Both the position numbers and the translations under genes were made by a program. Below the pieces are notes generated by a model. The model was not told where the DNA came from. It did not search any database and saw nothing but the letters and a program-made list of their open reading frames with translations. Below, piece by piece: positions 25,625-38,185 of a DNA stretch of 64,000 nucleotides (position 1 is the stretch's first letter; each line of letters begins with the position of its first letter). This DNA is from Trichosphaerium sp. ATCC 40318 (Eukaryota; Protista; Tubulinea). Location of the stretch: assembly GCA_038496445.1 (NCBI GenBank), contig JALMLS010000320.1, positions 248,001-312,000 of the forward strand, read 5' to 3'.

Positions 25625-27559
25625 ATGAAGTGGGATAAGCTTCTTTCAGTGCTTGCAGTAGCTTTCGGGGCTTTAATATTTGCTGACCTACTGTCAACCT
25701 TGATGTGGTTTATTGGATCGCTTTCTGTGCGTTTCTGTTGTTTTAGAATACCAATTTCCGTAATCTGTTTTATAAGCGCTTACGCTATTGTTTAGAATAT
25801 AGGACTCATCGTTCTGTTAGTTTTACTCTGTGTGATGGCTTTTGGTGCTATTTTTGCTACCATTTTTCTAAAACTTACCGACAACTTATGTGCGTTCATA
25901 CGCTTTGTTTAGTAGCGGTGTTGATGTTTTTTAGGTTTTAAATGCGATTATATCTATGTTGTTACTATTGGTGTTGCCGTCTTTATGGCACTATTCGTTG
26001 GAGGGCTTATCGGTTTTCTATCTACAGCGTTGTACGAGTTTGATGCTGATGGTACGACGAGGGCGTCGCCCTTATTTTTTCTTCTTTCTTGTTATGCAAT
26101 TTTGTTCATTTTTCTTTGTTTGGCTGACGATTGTTGTGTTATAGGAACTGTATCAATAACTCCTGATGATATATCAGACTTTGGTACAGGTTTATCTGTC
26201 GCAAACAGAGACGCTTTCGGATACTACTTGGGACCTAATGGTGCTCAACCATCACCAAACACTTCTCAGTACGTCTTACAAAATACTTGGGGTTTTTTGT
26301 CCAAATATGAGTAATTCTAACTGTTTTTGGAATTCAGCTGGGGAACACAGTTTAGAAGATGCGGTAAACACTCAACTTGTATGACTTGTTCTGCTCCTAT
26401 ATCATTTCACCCAAACACCAACTTATTGAACGGAACTGTACGTGTTTTGTATTGACCAATACGTATCTGCTTTCGCTTTTTTGTTTATCAGAGATTTCTT
26501 CTATACGCACTTGCACATTTATTTTCGACGCAATTTCTGGGTTTGTCAGCCTTTGTAGGGCTGTTCTTTTTTCTTTGATATCACTACTGTGAGTTTTGTG
26601 GTAGTCCAGATATCCAGGCATCCTTGGATGATGGCTGTCGACGTTGGCTTTGGTTTCTGTGCTAACTTGTAAAACAGGAACGCATCGCATTTTGGATTGG
26701 TTGCCGTTACCAAGGAACTCGCTTAAATAGGGATTGTACCACAGAGTCGTCTGGGTGTGTTGCTGATTGGCGTCGTGCTGGTATTATCTCAGAAGGGATT
26801 AATGTTAAATCGAGCCACGCTGCTGCAAGAGGAGGAGATTTGGTTGAAGAAGTAGGCATACTTTTGTTGGTTTTTTTTAAAAGGAAAAAGTTTTTGCTTA
26901 CATTTTGACTGTGGCTTTGTTCATAGAATTAACTCCAATTGTAATTACTTTGTCAGGCATTTTTTGTCCAGGACTCTTTTTAGGAGTTGTTTTTTTGGAT
27001 TGTTTTCGAGCTTTTGCTTCTTTTTTTTTTGAAACGATCACTGCCTTCTCTTTCTTATTCTTGTATTTTTCTGGTTCACAAGTACTCACTTTTTTTCTTA
27101 AAGAGCGCTCTCACATCAAGCATTTTCTTTTCAAATAGTGTTCAAGAACCTGTATATCTTATTGGAGGTGATATAGAAGGTGCGGAAAAAACTGCTAGGA
27201 ATATATTTATTGGAGTCATGGTGGGTATCAACATCTGGTATTTGCTTGTTATAAGTATCTTGATCTTCTTCTTCAGAGAAATCTTTAAAGGCTCATCGTC
27301 GATTTCTTTGTGGAAGTCTTCTTCTTCATCCTCCGGATTCAGTTCTTCAACACGAAAGAAGATTAAGAATAATAAAAACACAAAAGCAAAGCACTTCCCT
27401 GATCCTATGGCAAATGCTGTTAATGAAGATGATAGTCTAAGTTCTATATCTTCCATGTCTGGTCCAGCTGTAAGTGTTAATATTGGTACCAAAGTCGTAA
27501 AGGAAAGTGAGCTTGAGTACGATGCAGCAAATGATATTGGTTCACCATATGATGAATAA
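25625..27559 (+). CDS. Multi-pass membrane protein of unknown family
   Basis: Series of hydrophobic exons starting MKWDKLLSVL, with a Ser-rich cytosolic tail. Confidence 0.55.
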
Positions 27560-27652
27560 TAAAAAAAAATATCAATAAATTATACAATAAATTTCTACTC
27601 TTAGTTTTAATGTTTGCTTGTTTTTCTCTTTATTTAGGCCTTTTCTACTTCT

Positions 27653-29894
27653 TTAATACCATACATCAGCCATAGTCTTACTATTTTCTACATTTTCTGG
27701 ACCAAGAATGCGGTTTTTAGCTATAAAAAAAAGAAGCAAATGTTAGGCTAAATGTAGCAAATAAAGAGCAGTACCTAGCTCACCACGCCTATTGGATCTT
27801 GCTTTGGCACTTATCTCTTGTTTCCACCATTTTTTTGATTCCCCTAGACGATATCCATCACCCTTATATATACCAGTGCCTTGAAAAATAAAGTCAATTT
27901 CGAAATGTCTTCAACAAACAAAAACCACATTTTTCATGATTCAATGGAAACCTCTCTCGTACTTGTTGTCTCGTTTCTTGCACTAATATAAAATCTTGAT
28001 TTATCAACCTCATAGTCTAGGCAGATACCCGCTGGGAAAACAGATAAAACTTCAAAGAAAAAATCTACAAATGAAGAAGTCAGTCTGGTGAAGAAATCAC
28101 GTGATAAAAAAAAGTAGTTCGTATTTGCGTACTTTGCCTTGGTGGATATACTTTTGGAGCATATTGTCCATATTGAATTTGTGGTCTATCGAAAACTAGG
28201 GGCCTTAACACAAAAGACATTAGATGTTGCCTGTACAGTGAAAAAAATAGAAAAAAAAAAATCTTCAGTAATAAAGCACCAACCTCATAAACATATCCCA
28301 TAGCTGATTTAAAAACGATTTTGTAAACATAACCACTCTATAAGTACAATACGCAAATACAGGTAAATAAAGTTTACTACAAAGAAAACGAACAAGTCAG
28401 TAAAAACAAGCAAAAAAGGCGACAAAAAAAATGAGTAAATGCTAACATACCTTTTCTTCGTGTTTTTTCCCCTCCTTTCTTTATAATCAACCCACATAGG
28501 AATAGCATAGAAAATCACGTTATTAAAGTTAGTCATACGAACAATAACCCTCAAAATGAATGTTAGCTATTCTGTTTAAACAAAGAGCATACGTCATAGA
28601 CTCAGAATTAGCAATCTCGAGTACATGTGAAGCATCTTTCACTAATTCATTATCAACTCCTTCAGCTTCCTCAATAAGAGACCCTAATACTTCAACAATA
28701 AAATCATGATGAAGATCTTCCCATTGCTAATAAAAATAGGTTGTTAGTACAATGAGCATCTAGAATAAGACATACGCTATCAGCTCTTCGTGATGCAATA
28801 TCACTTATAGAAAGTAATGTTTTGCATGCTTCAAGCTGTATTGGCACGTAATCACATGTACATAGATCATGAACTACACTAGTAAATCTAGAATATATTA
28901 GTATTCCCAATCGCAGTAATAGTGAATTGACAAGAAAGACAGGCGAAAACAAACCAACAAAAAAAAGGTCAGAAATGTTTTGGCAATTAAAACAGTCTGT
29001 GACTTCTTTCTTGGCATCAAACTACTGAATATAGGCACGCACGATTCGTATATATCATCAAAGAACTTCTCATCTATATACATGCACATGAATCCTGAGA
29101 GTTTAAGACAAAAGCAAATATGTTCAAGTGTTTCTTCTGGAAGTGATTCAGAGTCATTACTTAAATCATACAATTGGCTTAAATTATCGAATACAAAGGC
29201 CATAAGTCGTTTAATAAACAATTTAGCACAATCAGTACGGTAAAGACCCATAGTGTATGTACATGTGATGATTGTTAAAGCCTAAAAAAGCCTGTCAACG
29301 AAGGAAATTACTGGTTTTGGCTTTTGTTTTAGGTGCTCACCAATTTCTTTATTTCATAGTTTGTCGACCTTATTAATGCTTGCAACTCTTTGTCTACACT
29401 GTCAAATATCCTGCGTACTACGTCATGGCTTTGCTGGCTCACCAAGACTCGTAGCAAGACGTTCAAGCCGCCCAGTCTTATATCATCATGTTGGTCGCTC
29501 TTAGAAGAGGTGTTAGAGCCAAGAAAGTGAATGTCTTGTTGTACCAGCAATTCTCCCACCAAACAATCAATAAACGGTCCGGAAGGTAGCTTGTTGCGGG
29601 TCGCGAAGTACGCCCCAAGCTTATTGCTCCCTCCTTGCCTTCAAATAAGATCAAAAAAGCTGAAAATAGCTTTTCCTGCGTACTTTGCCAACCATTTTAT
29701 CCAGTTACGCCTTAGAGTAGTCCTAAGCGTCTTTAGGAAGATTATTTATTTAATATTTACTACACATACGCCTTTGGACTCATTATATCATGCATTAGCT
29801 CCTCATCTGCGTCAATGAACCTGAGATGGATTTGTTTATCCTCTTCTCGCTGGTTTTGTCGGCGTTTGCCCTTTTTCTCCTTATTTTTACTCAT
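27653..29894 (-). CDS. Helical-repeat protein, possibly a divergent IFRD (interferon-related developmental regulator) family member
   Basis: Basic N-terminus MSKNKEKKGKRR. DLCTCDYVPIQLEACKTLLSISDIA recalls IFRD LLSCDDVNMRIAAGESLALLFE. C-terminal KARSNRR. Confidence 0.45.
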
Positions 29895-30380
29895 AATGCC
29901 AAAGCAATAGTCGTCAGGCTTGTATAACCGCTTTTGACTATCTACAGACTTTGATCTTTAGCATGAAACAGAATTTTAACATTTTTCGTTATCTGAACGA
30001 TACACAGTTACTGAAAAAATTCTTTGTACAATAAACCAGACAATCTCATACTTCGAATGGCATCGCTGTAGTTTGCGAAAATTGTTTCTGATTGGACTTA
30101 ATGGAAATCAAACCACGCCCGGTAATTTTTGATTTACTTTGATTCTGTACAATCAAACTTGTTTTTGTAAAGAGTATCCTTGTGTTTAAATGGAGATTCT
30201 GTGTTACACCAACTTTAAGACATTGTTCGCCTGACTATCAGGAAAACTTCAGTCTCAAATATAACAAATAACCAGGTTTTGTCTTTAATTTAATGCACAA
30301 TTTGCTAATTATTCAATGTTTATTGTTACTTTGTATGCATCTAATCTGGTCGTTTACTTTGTATAACGTAGAATTCTAGA

Positions 30381-31218
30381 TCATCTACATTTTACAGTGG
30401 AGCATTGCATGTACCATATACGATCAGAGGGTACCACAGAGCTACACAATGTTAATTATACTTTTTTTTTTATCACCTGTTGATGTACCTAGGATTGCTG
30501 ACTCTGAATCCAGTGATGTATGGTCTTTCTGGTGGGCAATTGAGATCTCCTACACCATCATACCCAGGAACAACATTAAATACAGCTAGACAAATGATAA
30601 GCTTGATGACATAATTGCTAGCTGTTTGCTTAATTGTAACGTACAAATCCATTGACTGTTGCTTGTCTCACAAGTCATTCTTCTCTGTGTTCTGGAATCA
30701 CGTGTTATTAAGCACTGCAAAAATACTCTACGTACTCGCAGCGAAGTCTGAAGTATCTATCGTTATTAACTACAGACCAACCAGTGCCTCTGATTGCTAA
30801 ACAAGAATAAGACTTTTCGAGGTTCGAATAGGCTTCTAGTTTAACTTACTCTTCATAACATATCCTGAAGGGCACACGTGATAAAAACCTACACCTACAG
30901 CTGATGCAAAGTCTGTATGAGGTCCATTGAATCCGATAGTGTCGTGGAAGCATCGCCATAGAAATACTCGTGGGTTACCCACAGCTACCGTTCGTACGCC
31001 TGTCATGCCACCATCTGGGCATGTTCGTATCCATTGAGGAAGCGACGGCGTGACAAGGCCAGCGGCATTGTATATTATTGCTGATGTTGTACTCCTGCGC
31101 GTGGTTTAGTTAGTACGACGGCTTTGAGTTAGAGCTAGCGTCTGTTCGTTTTGAAATAGAGTAGAAACGTTACTTACACGGTGAGAAAAAGAGTAACGAT
31201 GAGCGTTAGTTGTGACAT
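30381..31218 (-). CDS. Dermatopontin-like secreted protein, copy B
   Basis: WIRTCPDGGMTGVRTV, HVCPSGYVMK and SDRIWYMQC motifs, with similar intron positions. Confidence 0.6.
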
Positions 31219-31699
31219 TCTCGCGGGTTTTTTTGTTTTAGTTGGTTTCGGTGTTTAGGAAGTTCCGTTTTACTCGGTTTTCACATGAACAGTCACAAAC
31301 ACTTAACGGGATTTGCGTTTGAATAACTTTCAGAGAAGTATGAGATGGGGCTTCGCCGCGTAAGGCGCTCAAGATTATGATACGTTCTCTATTCGTTATT
31401 CTTGTTGAACGAGAAAAAGAACTTAAGCGTTCCAGAGCGTCTGTTTATTATCGCGGTAAAGCCGTCAAAAAAACCGCTGTCTAACCATTTACATTCGAGC
31501 CATTTCGCACTTTCTCAACTATTTCCAGCACGTGAACAAAATAAACATATTTCTCATAAATTAGCCTCAACAAAATCGTTTGTTCGCATGAAGGAATTTA
31601 ATGCAGGCAATAAATCAATAAATAGTGGCCAATGCATTAACGAAGATATTATTTATTAACAAAGGTGTCATTGTTCCAAAGAAGTAAATGGTTTTACTA

Positions 31700-32436
31700 C
31701 TAACTACAATTTACAGAAGAGCATCGCATGTACCATATTCTATCAGAGGGTACTGCTACACTAGAGGCGTGTTAAAACTAGCAATTTTAAATGATGTACT
31801 TGGTCCCGCTGACTCTGAATCCAGTAATGTATGGTGTATCGGGTGGGCAATTAAGATCTCCTACGCCATTGTAACCAGCCACAACATTGAATACAGCTAA
31901 GCCAAAAGCGTTAAGAATACAATTTCAAAAAGTTTATTAGACATACGTATCCATGTGCTATCACGTGTACCACACGTCATGCCCCTCTGGGTCCTAGTAC
32001 ATGGTAAGTCATAATATAAAGTGATAGTAATTATACGTACTCGCAACGAAGTCTGAAGTATCTATCGTTATTAGCTACAGACCAAGCAGTGCCTCTTATT
32101 GCTAAACGAAGTATAAAATGACAAGTTTTGAATAGTTGGATTTAACTTACTCTTCATAACATAGCCCGAAGGGCATACGTGAGAGAAGGCTACGCCTACT
32201 GCTGATGCAAAGTTTGTATGAGGTCCATTGAATGCGATAGCGTCGTGGAAGCATCGCCAAAGAAATATCCTTGGGTTCGGACCGAGAGTGACAGTGCGAA
32301 CACCTGTCATACCACCATCTGGGCATGTTCGTATCCATTGGTCATAAGGAGGTGATACTAGACCAGGAGAATTGTATATTATTGCTGATGTTGTACTTAC
32401 AGCAAGAATAAGAGATAAGACGAGCAGCTGTGACAT
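31700..32436 (-). CDS. Dermatopontin-like secreted protein, copy C
   Basis: MSQLLVLSLILAVSTTSA signal peptide and the same motifs. Lacks the first intron seen in copies A and B. Confidence 0.6.
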
Positions 32437-33068
32437 AGTTTGGACTTCTTTATTGTTTGTTTCAGTCGGTTGTGTTCTTTCACGTGAACTGTCACGTTTA
32501 TTGCAACTTGCAAGAGAGTTGGCTAACATTCAATGAACCAATAAAATTGAAGACCCGCAGGAGCCTCCTATAACTGTCAAGTTAATCACATTAGTTAATT
32601 GTTGGAATCAAATAACGGTTCACATGAAATAAACAATATTTCTTCAATATAATTTCTGACTGCATACTAAAAAGTCCTACGAATGGTTTTGTTGAAGGTC
32701 TTCGTGTAGTGAAGTTTTATCACTTTCATACCTTCTCATGTGAAGTATTGGAAGTTATACATTTGTATATTGTATTATATTAGTTCACCTGAAAAACGTG
32801 CTTTAAAATACAAATATAAATGCTATGTTGGTACCTTTGCCTTCAAAACTATGCCAAGCTATGCCTTTATTGAATGCAGTCCAGTCTTTTTGTACTCCAT
32901 TAATTAACCGCCCTGAATTGTTTGTTGAATAAAACTGCTTCAACAAAATTTTTCAATTTCGATTTTCCGACTTGTTTTTTTTTGTTTTCTTTTCTCATAA
33001 TTGATTTGTTGGTAACTTGCGCTCCAACCTGGCCGGGGATTAGACTTACAGCGAATTATAACAACCAA

Positions 33069-33140
33069 GGGTCTGTAGCTCAGCGGTAGAGCAGTCGGCT
33101 GCAGTCCGATCGGTCGTCGGTTCAAATCCGATCGGGCCCT
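33069..33140 (+). tRNA. tRNA-Cys(GCA)
   Basis: 72-nt cloverleaf, loop CT-GCA-GT, GTTCAAATC T-loop, U73, followed by a T5 terminator. Confidence 0.95.
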
Positions 33141-33266
33141 ATATCTTTTTGTAGCATCCCGTTCTGTACACAAAACATGCAAAGAAGTAAAGGAATAGTA
33201 TTTGCAGACTACTCAAGATTATTTTTGGTATTTCATAGCGGAATATTATTTTATTTAAAGTTTTTG

Positions 33267-34936
33267 TTACTTAGGGCCCATCATGTTCATAACAGTTGCT
33301 CGTAATTGTTGCACTTGTTCACGCTATAACATTGGTTAGTTCTTGTCATTAGTGCAGTTCGCATACTTGTTGTGGTGGTAAGGATGCAACTTGTTGAGGC
33401 GTAAGCGTTATTACTTGTTGCAAAAGTGCTTTCGCATCATTGTTCATATTCATTAAAAATTGTGGCGAGTTCATATTACCAAGATTTAACATAGACGGTG
33501 GAGCGCCAGGAGGCGGTGCACCTCCAAACTAAAGAGGTTAGTGAGAAAACAAGGCAAAAGATGCAAAAGGTTATAGGGCCCGATCGGATTTGAACCGACG
33601 ACCGATCGGACTGCAGCCGACTGCTCTACCGCTGAGCTACAGACCCTTGGTTGTTGTTGATAAGGAAAAATATTATCGATACAATATTGAAAAGGAAAAT
33701 ACGCACTCCGCCAGGCATAGGCTGCCCTTGTGGTGGTCTGTTGTTTCCGCTTGGTGGAGGATAATATGGTGGAGGTCCGCCAGGCTGCATACGATTCTGT
33801 GGTGGTTGGTTCATTGGAGGTGGCCTCATGCCACTAGGAGGCATATTCATTCTATTAGGACCAGGTGGACCGCTTCTCATTGGGTTCATGCCAGGCGCAC
33901 CTGACATATTAGGTGGACCTAATAATAATATAAACAAAAAAAACATGTGTACTTTAGCCTCTTTGCACTTACCTGAACCCATAGGCATAGCTCCTCCTTG
34001 TACATGCAATTGCTTTACAAATAAATCAGCTTCAACAAACCGTAGTCGATAGAGTAAGTTACATACTTGTGCTTCTGTGTTATTAATAATTCCTAATTTT
34101 ACTTGTGCTTGTAGTAATGCGTAGGCAACAGCTGGATTATTCAGTAGTAATTGTCGCGCTGAACCTGGATCTTGTTGTGCCAATTTCTAACAATAACAAA
34201 ATGTCAAAAAAAATAAATGTTGAAAATAAAAAACAATCTCCGCCTAGATGTCTTCGCGTGCCTTCATTTGAAGCATTATATCATACAATTGTTTTAACGT
34301 CATAGCATCTAATATTTTAGCAACTTGCTCAGGCTATTGACGCGTGTCAGAACAAAATAGCTCACAACTACAAAAAAAACCAATCATCGTACATTTAACG
34401 GTTGTCCAGGGTTCATTGCAGGTAGTTGAGGCAAAACGCTCTTCTTTTGCAGGTGTCAGTTTGAGTACAAGTTTGAAATAACGTACTTTGTTACTTCGCC
34501 AATTTCCTTCTCCCTGGCCTTCTCGCTTCTCGTTTTCGGCGAAATCGACGCGTAATTGGCGTCCCATAAATTCGGCTCCATCCTGTTTGCGTTTTAGTCG
34601 ATAATTTATCCTACACTAGCACGTACAAGATTTTTCATGGCGGATTGAGCCGTTTCTGGATCTCTAAACTCGCAAAAGCCATAACCTCTTGGCTTTCCCG
34701 TTTCTCTGTCCCATACTAGCCTAATTCACGTTAAAAAAGGTCCACACACTGCTTTGACGCGCCTAAATTTTACAACCTACAATACATCAGATACGCCACA
34801 ATTACAAACGTACTTGACCAACAGTCTCAAAAAACTCTTTTAACTGCTGCTCTGTAGCATCAAACGGAATATTCCCAACTAACGACTATTAAAACAATAT
34901 AATCCTTTAATCAGTACCAAACACAGAGCGACTCAT
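33267..34936 (-). CDS. CSTF2: Cleavage stimulation factor subunit 2 (CstF-64/Rna15)
   Basis: [46 protein letters not shown], hinge [19 protein letters not shown], and a C-terminal [15 protein letters not shown] domain. Confidence 0.92.
33575..33646 (-). tRNA. tRNA-Cys(GCA), identical second copy inside a CSTF2 intron
   Basis: Exact reverse complement of 33069-33140. Lies in intron 33529-33706 on the host strand, with T4 runs downstream. Confidence 0.95.
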
Positions 34937-35365
34937 CGGTTTGTAGGGGCTAAGAACGAAACAATAAATTATATATTCAACGACATTCGCTCAGTCTTGG
35001 AATATTCCCGTGCAGAGAATATATAACTGACACGTGAAAATACTCCTGGCGGCTAGGCTACTGAGCCAGTTTCCCTCTTACCAAAAGAGTACGACATCTC
35101 GTGATGTTTGCAACTAGGCAACATTCATTCTATATTGTAGCATGTGCCACATGTTAATTGTGTTTACATTGATTCTTCTCACTTCTATCCTTAGCCTCCA
35201 CCATGTTCGAAGAATTTATAGCTTGAAACACATTTGACAAGCACGTCGATGTGCAAGTGACACGTGCATAAAATCATGTTAGTCACAAAATGTGCAAAAC
35301 GGTGGTTGCGTCTCGTGCCTCCTATCAGTTACGACAGCCAGTAGTACACCATCAAACACCGACAA

Positions 35366-35458
35366 GATACGAAGTATAAAATTGAGCCTAATTCAATCGC
35401 CTTAACCACTTGGCTACTCTCCTGTTGATAGGAGAGGCGGGATTCGAACCCACGAGAG
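35366..35458 (-). tRNA. Circularly permuted tRNA-Leu(UAG)-like gene (3' half precedes 5' half)
   Basis: Minus strand reads ctctc-GTGGG TTCGAAT CCCGC-CTCTCCT-A-tcaac-AGGAGAG-TA-GCCAAGTGGTTAAGGC-G-ATTGA ATTAGGC TCAAT. The 7-bp acceptor stem is perfect across the linker. Confidence 0.8.
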
Positions 35459-35784
35459 TTTGTTTTTTTGTTATTTGGTGTGACAGCATACTGGGGGTAT
35501 GAGACACGGTGACTGAGATTATTGCACCGCACTGAAAGAGAGAACCAACACGTTTAAGTACACGTAATAGTTGACAGAAAAAAAATTGTGGGATTAGCTT
35601 TCTGCTAAAATTAGCACAACGCTGATTCAAGGATTTTAAATGATAATTATCATCGTGTTATCACGTGTTTGTTGTGTAGTTTTTTTTTATTTTACATTAA
35701 ATGGTTTGTTGTACAATCGCGAAAGCACGCACTATGGTAAACAGTGGTTTTTTCAGCAATGAAAAGAATTACAAGTTTTTTTTC

Positions 35785-36550
35785 TTTAACTTGCAAAGTC
35801 TCCATATGAGTGATCAAGAAACTCAAGCTTTACCTGTATAGTTCCTGTCACTTTTTTCCTATCTCTACCACAAAGAATATATTTTCTGCACGTGACCAGA
35901 AGTTAAAAATAAAACCTCGAAAAGAAAAAAAAAGCAAAAAGTCATACTTCGTGACAACTTCCGTTTTTGCCGTTGATAAATCCTCAGGTGGTATTTGGAA
36001 TTTACCCATAAAATCGTCTCTGGATAATAAGTCTTTATCCCAACACTCCAACCGAACATAAGAATTTACGTTCACTTCCCTAACCACCATCTTTTAGTCT
36101 TTCAACAATATCTTCAAAAAAAAACCCGACAAAGTCAAAACACCAAGAAGGTTATAACGTACTGGAAGGTGAAATCTTCGTACCACGTTGGATTCTACAT
36201 AGTACAGTAAGTACAATAATCAGTTCAAACACAAAAAAAGGGCTGAGGACTGTATTTAAACGAAAGCAAGGCGTTGGGCTTGGTTTTTGTTGACTGATTG
36301 GTTTTAAATGTTGTAGTACAATTATTACGCCATTTCTGGTTATAGGTCGTATGTTTTGATACGTACAAGAGTTTTAGGCTTTGTTGTTGTAGTCTGTTTC
36401 TGAGACCCGACTTTAATAACTACATACGGGTCTGAAAACCCGTTAGAGTCCTTTGATACTAGATTTGTGCCTTTATCGACTATACAAATACCATAAGCGC
36501 CAAACATAATTATTTGCAATTTAATTACCAGATATCTGTAGTGTACCCAT
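35785..36550 (-). CDS. Single C2-domain protein
   Basis: NLVSKDSNGFSDPYV, NPTWYEDFTF and ECWDKDLLSRDDFMG. End is approximate. Confidence 0.85.
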
Positions 36551-36945
36551 GTGTTTATCAATATTAAGCGTATTAAAACAAATTGACTGGACTTGAGCTG
36601 TTTACTGGCTTAAACAAAAAACCAACACGTCAACTTCTCAAGGCCTTCTTTTTATCTAAACACGTGGGTCAAGAGCAGTAGTGAATCACTTTGTGAATCA
36701 ATTGGTACGGCATAGAGCACCTTAATTACCTTGATTCTAAGAACAGCAATGAGTTTGAGTGCAACGGTCAAAACGTTATGTGAACAAAAGTCAGCTGTCA
36801 AAAAAATGTTGGATATCCAGTTTTTGTTCACAGAAGATGTTGCAGAGAATCTCGCTGCCTCTGTGAACTTCGTATCCAATTATGTAACAGTCCTTTAACA
36901 AATACAGTAGAGTCAAAACAAACGCAGAGATACAGAAAAGTATTA

Positions 36946-38004
36946 TTATTTGACATCTTTAGACTTGATTCTCTTTGTTTGTCTTACAAGTTCTGCTATT
37001 GTAATATTTTCGTCATCATCCATTTGAACTGCTTTACGTTTGTTGATATCCTTCTTAGATTCTTTCGCTTTCTTCTCGAGGTTTCTCTGTCTCACAGCAA
37101 TGGACTGCTTTACTTTTTTTAACACGTGGTTTTTTGTTCTTACAGTCTTAATGTCACGCAAGACTAAGCTTAATCTCGTTCGGATATTACACCCAATATC
37201 CCTCTCTATACTCTTCTCAGATGAGACTTTAACCTACAGGCAATAATAAGAAAAGTTGCTGAAAAGAGATATGTACTAGAGCATGTTGTAAAGTGGTATT
37301 CGTCTTCGGACCAAGAATGAACAGAGATCCAGATTCCATTGCTACAAATAGATGTGGTTTTTCTCCTTTCTTACGTAATTGGAGTTCTCTTGTTTCGCCC
37401 AGAGACAAGATAAATATAGGACTCCCTCAAAGAAAACGTCAATGTCATGATAAAACCTAAGAAAAAAACCCGAAAACGAAAGTTTCATAAAGTTACCTTC
37501 TTTTATATCCTCCATTTTATCATTATGCCAACCAATATAGTCCTCACCACTTAGATACTTTGTACCAATCACGTGATTTACAACAGGCGCTTCACCATTC
37601 CACAATACATTATTTCTAACAGATACCACTAGATTAGAAATATCCGGAACATTTTTAAAGCTTCTATAGGCTAGAACGCTTTCCCACTGCCATCCAGGAT
37701 AATGATATATCCTAACGTTATCTGGAAGGCCATCTTCGTTTTCTCCTAGTATATTTTAAGCGATAAAAACTGAAGAGAAATTGCAGTTACCTTCAACAAG
37801 AAAAAACTTCGTTCTAGGTAACTCATTTCCTCTAAACTTCATCCAGTTTGCTTCTCGTGGTGCACAAGGCGCTTTATCTAGAAGTGTTGATAGTAGTGTA
37901 GATGGTTTAACTTGTTGAGATTGAAGGAAATTAGGTATGTAATAAGAATCTGGTCCGTATTTTGTATGACTTAGTGAAGAGTCATTGCGAATGGAGAAAG
38001 TCAT
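36946..38004 (-). CDS. AlkB-like 2OG-Fe(II) dioxygenase
   Basis: YLSGEDYIGWHNDK (HxD), ILSLGETREL, GSLFILGPKTN..QH and RLSLVLR. Confidence 0.8.
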
Positions 38005-38185
38005 TTTCGGTTTTTACAAGCCATTCCTTAAAGAGAAAAGTTGCTAACTTTTTGTAATAAAGAGCATTCATAGAAAATTATTTTCAATTTAGTAAAAGGA
38101 CTTACCTCAAGTAAGATGAAGGGTTAAACAAAAAAACACGTGGTAAAATAAACCGACAAGTAAAGTTTTTTTTTTCATCAAAATA

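Noticed and set aside
32940-33904. ORFs sharing [21 protein letters not shown] (32940-33182 and 33590-33904)
   Set aside because: They are antisense translations of the two tRNA-Cys genes.
35329-35630. ORFs overlapping the permuted tRNA
   Set aside because: Non-ATG starts, no recognisable protein, and better explained by the RNA structure.
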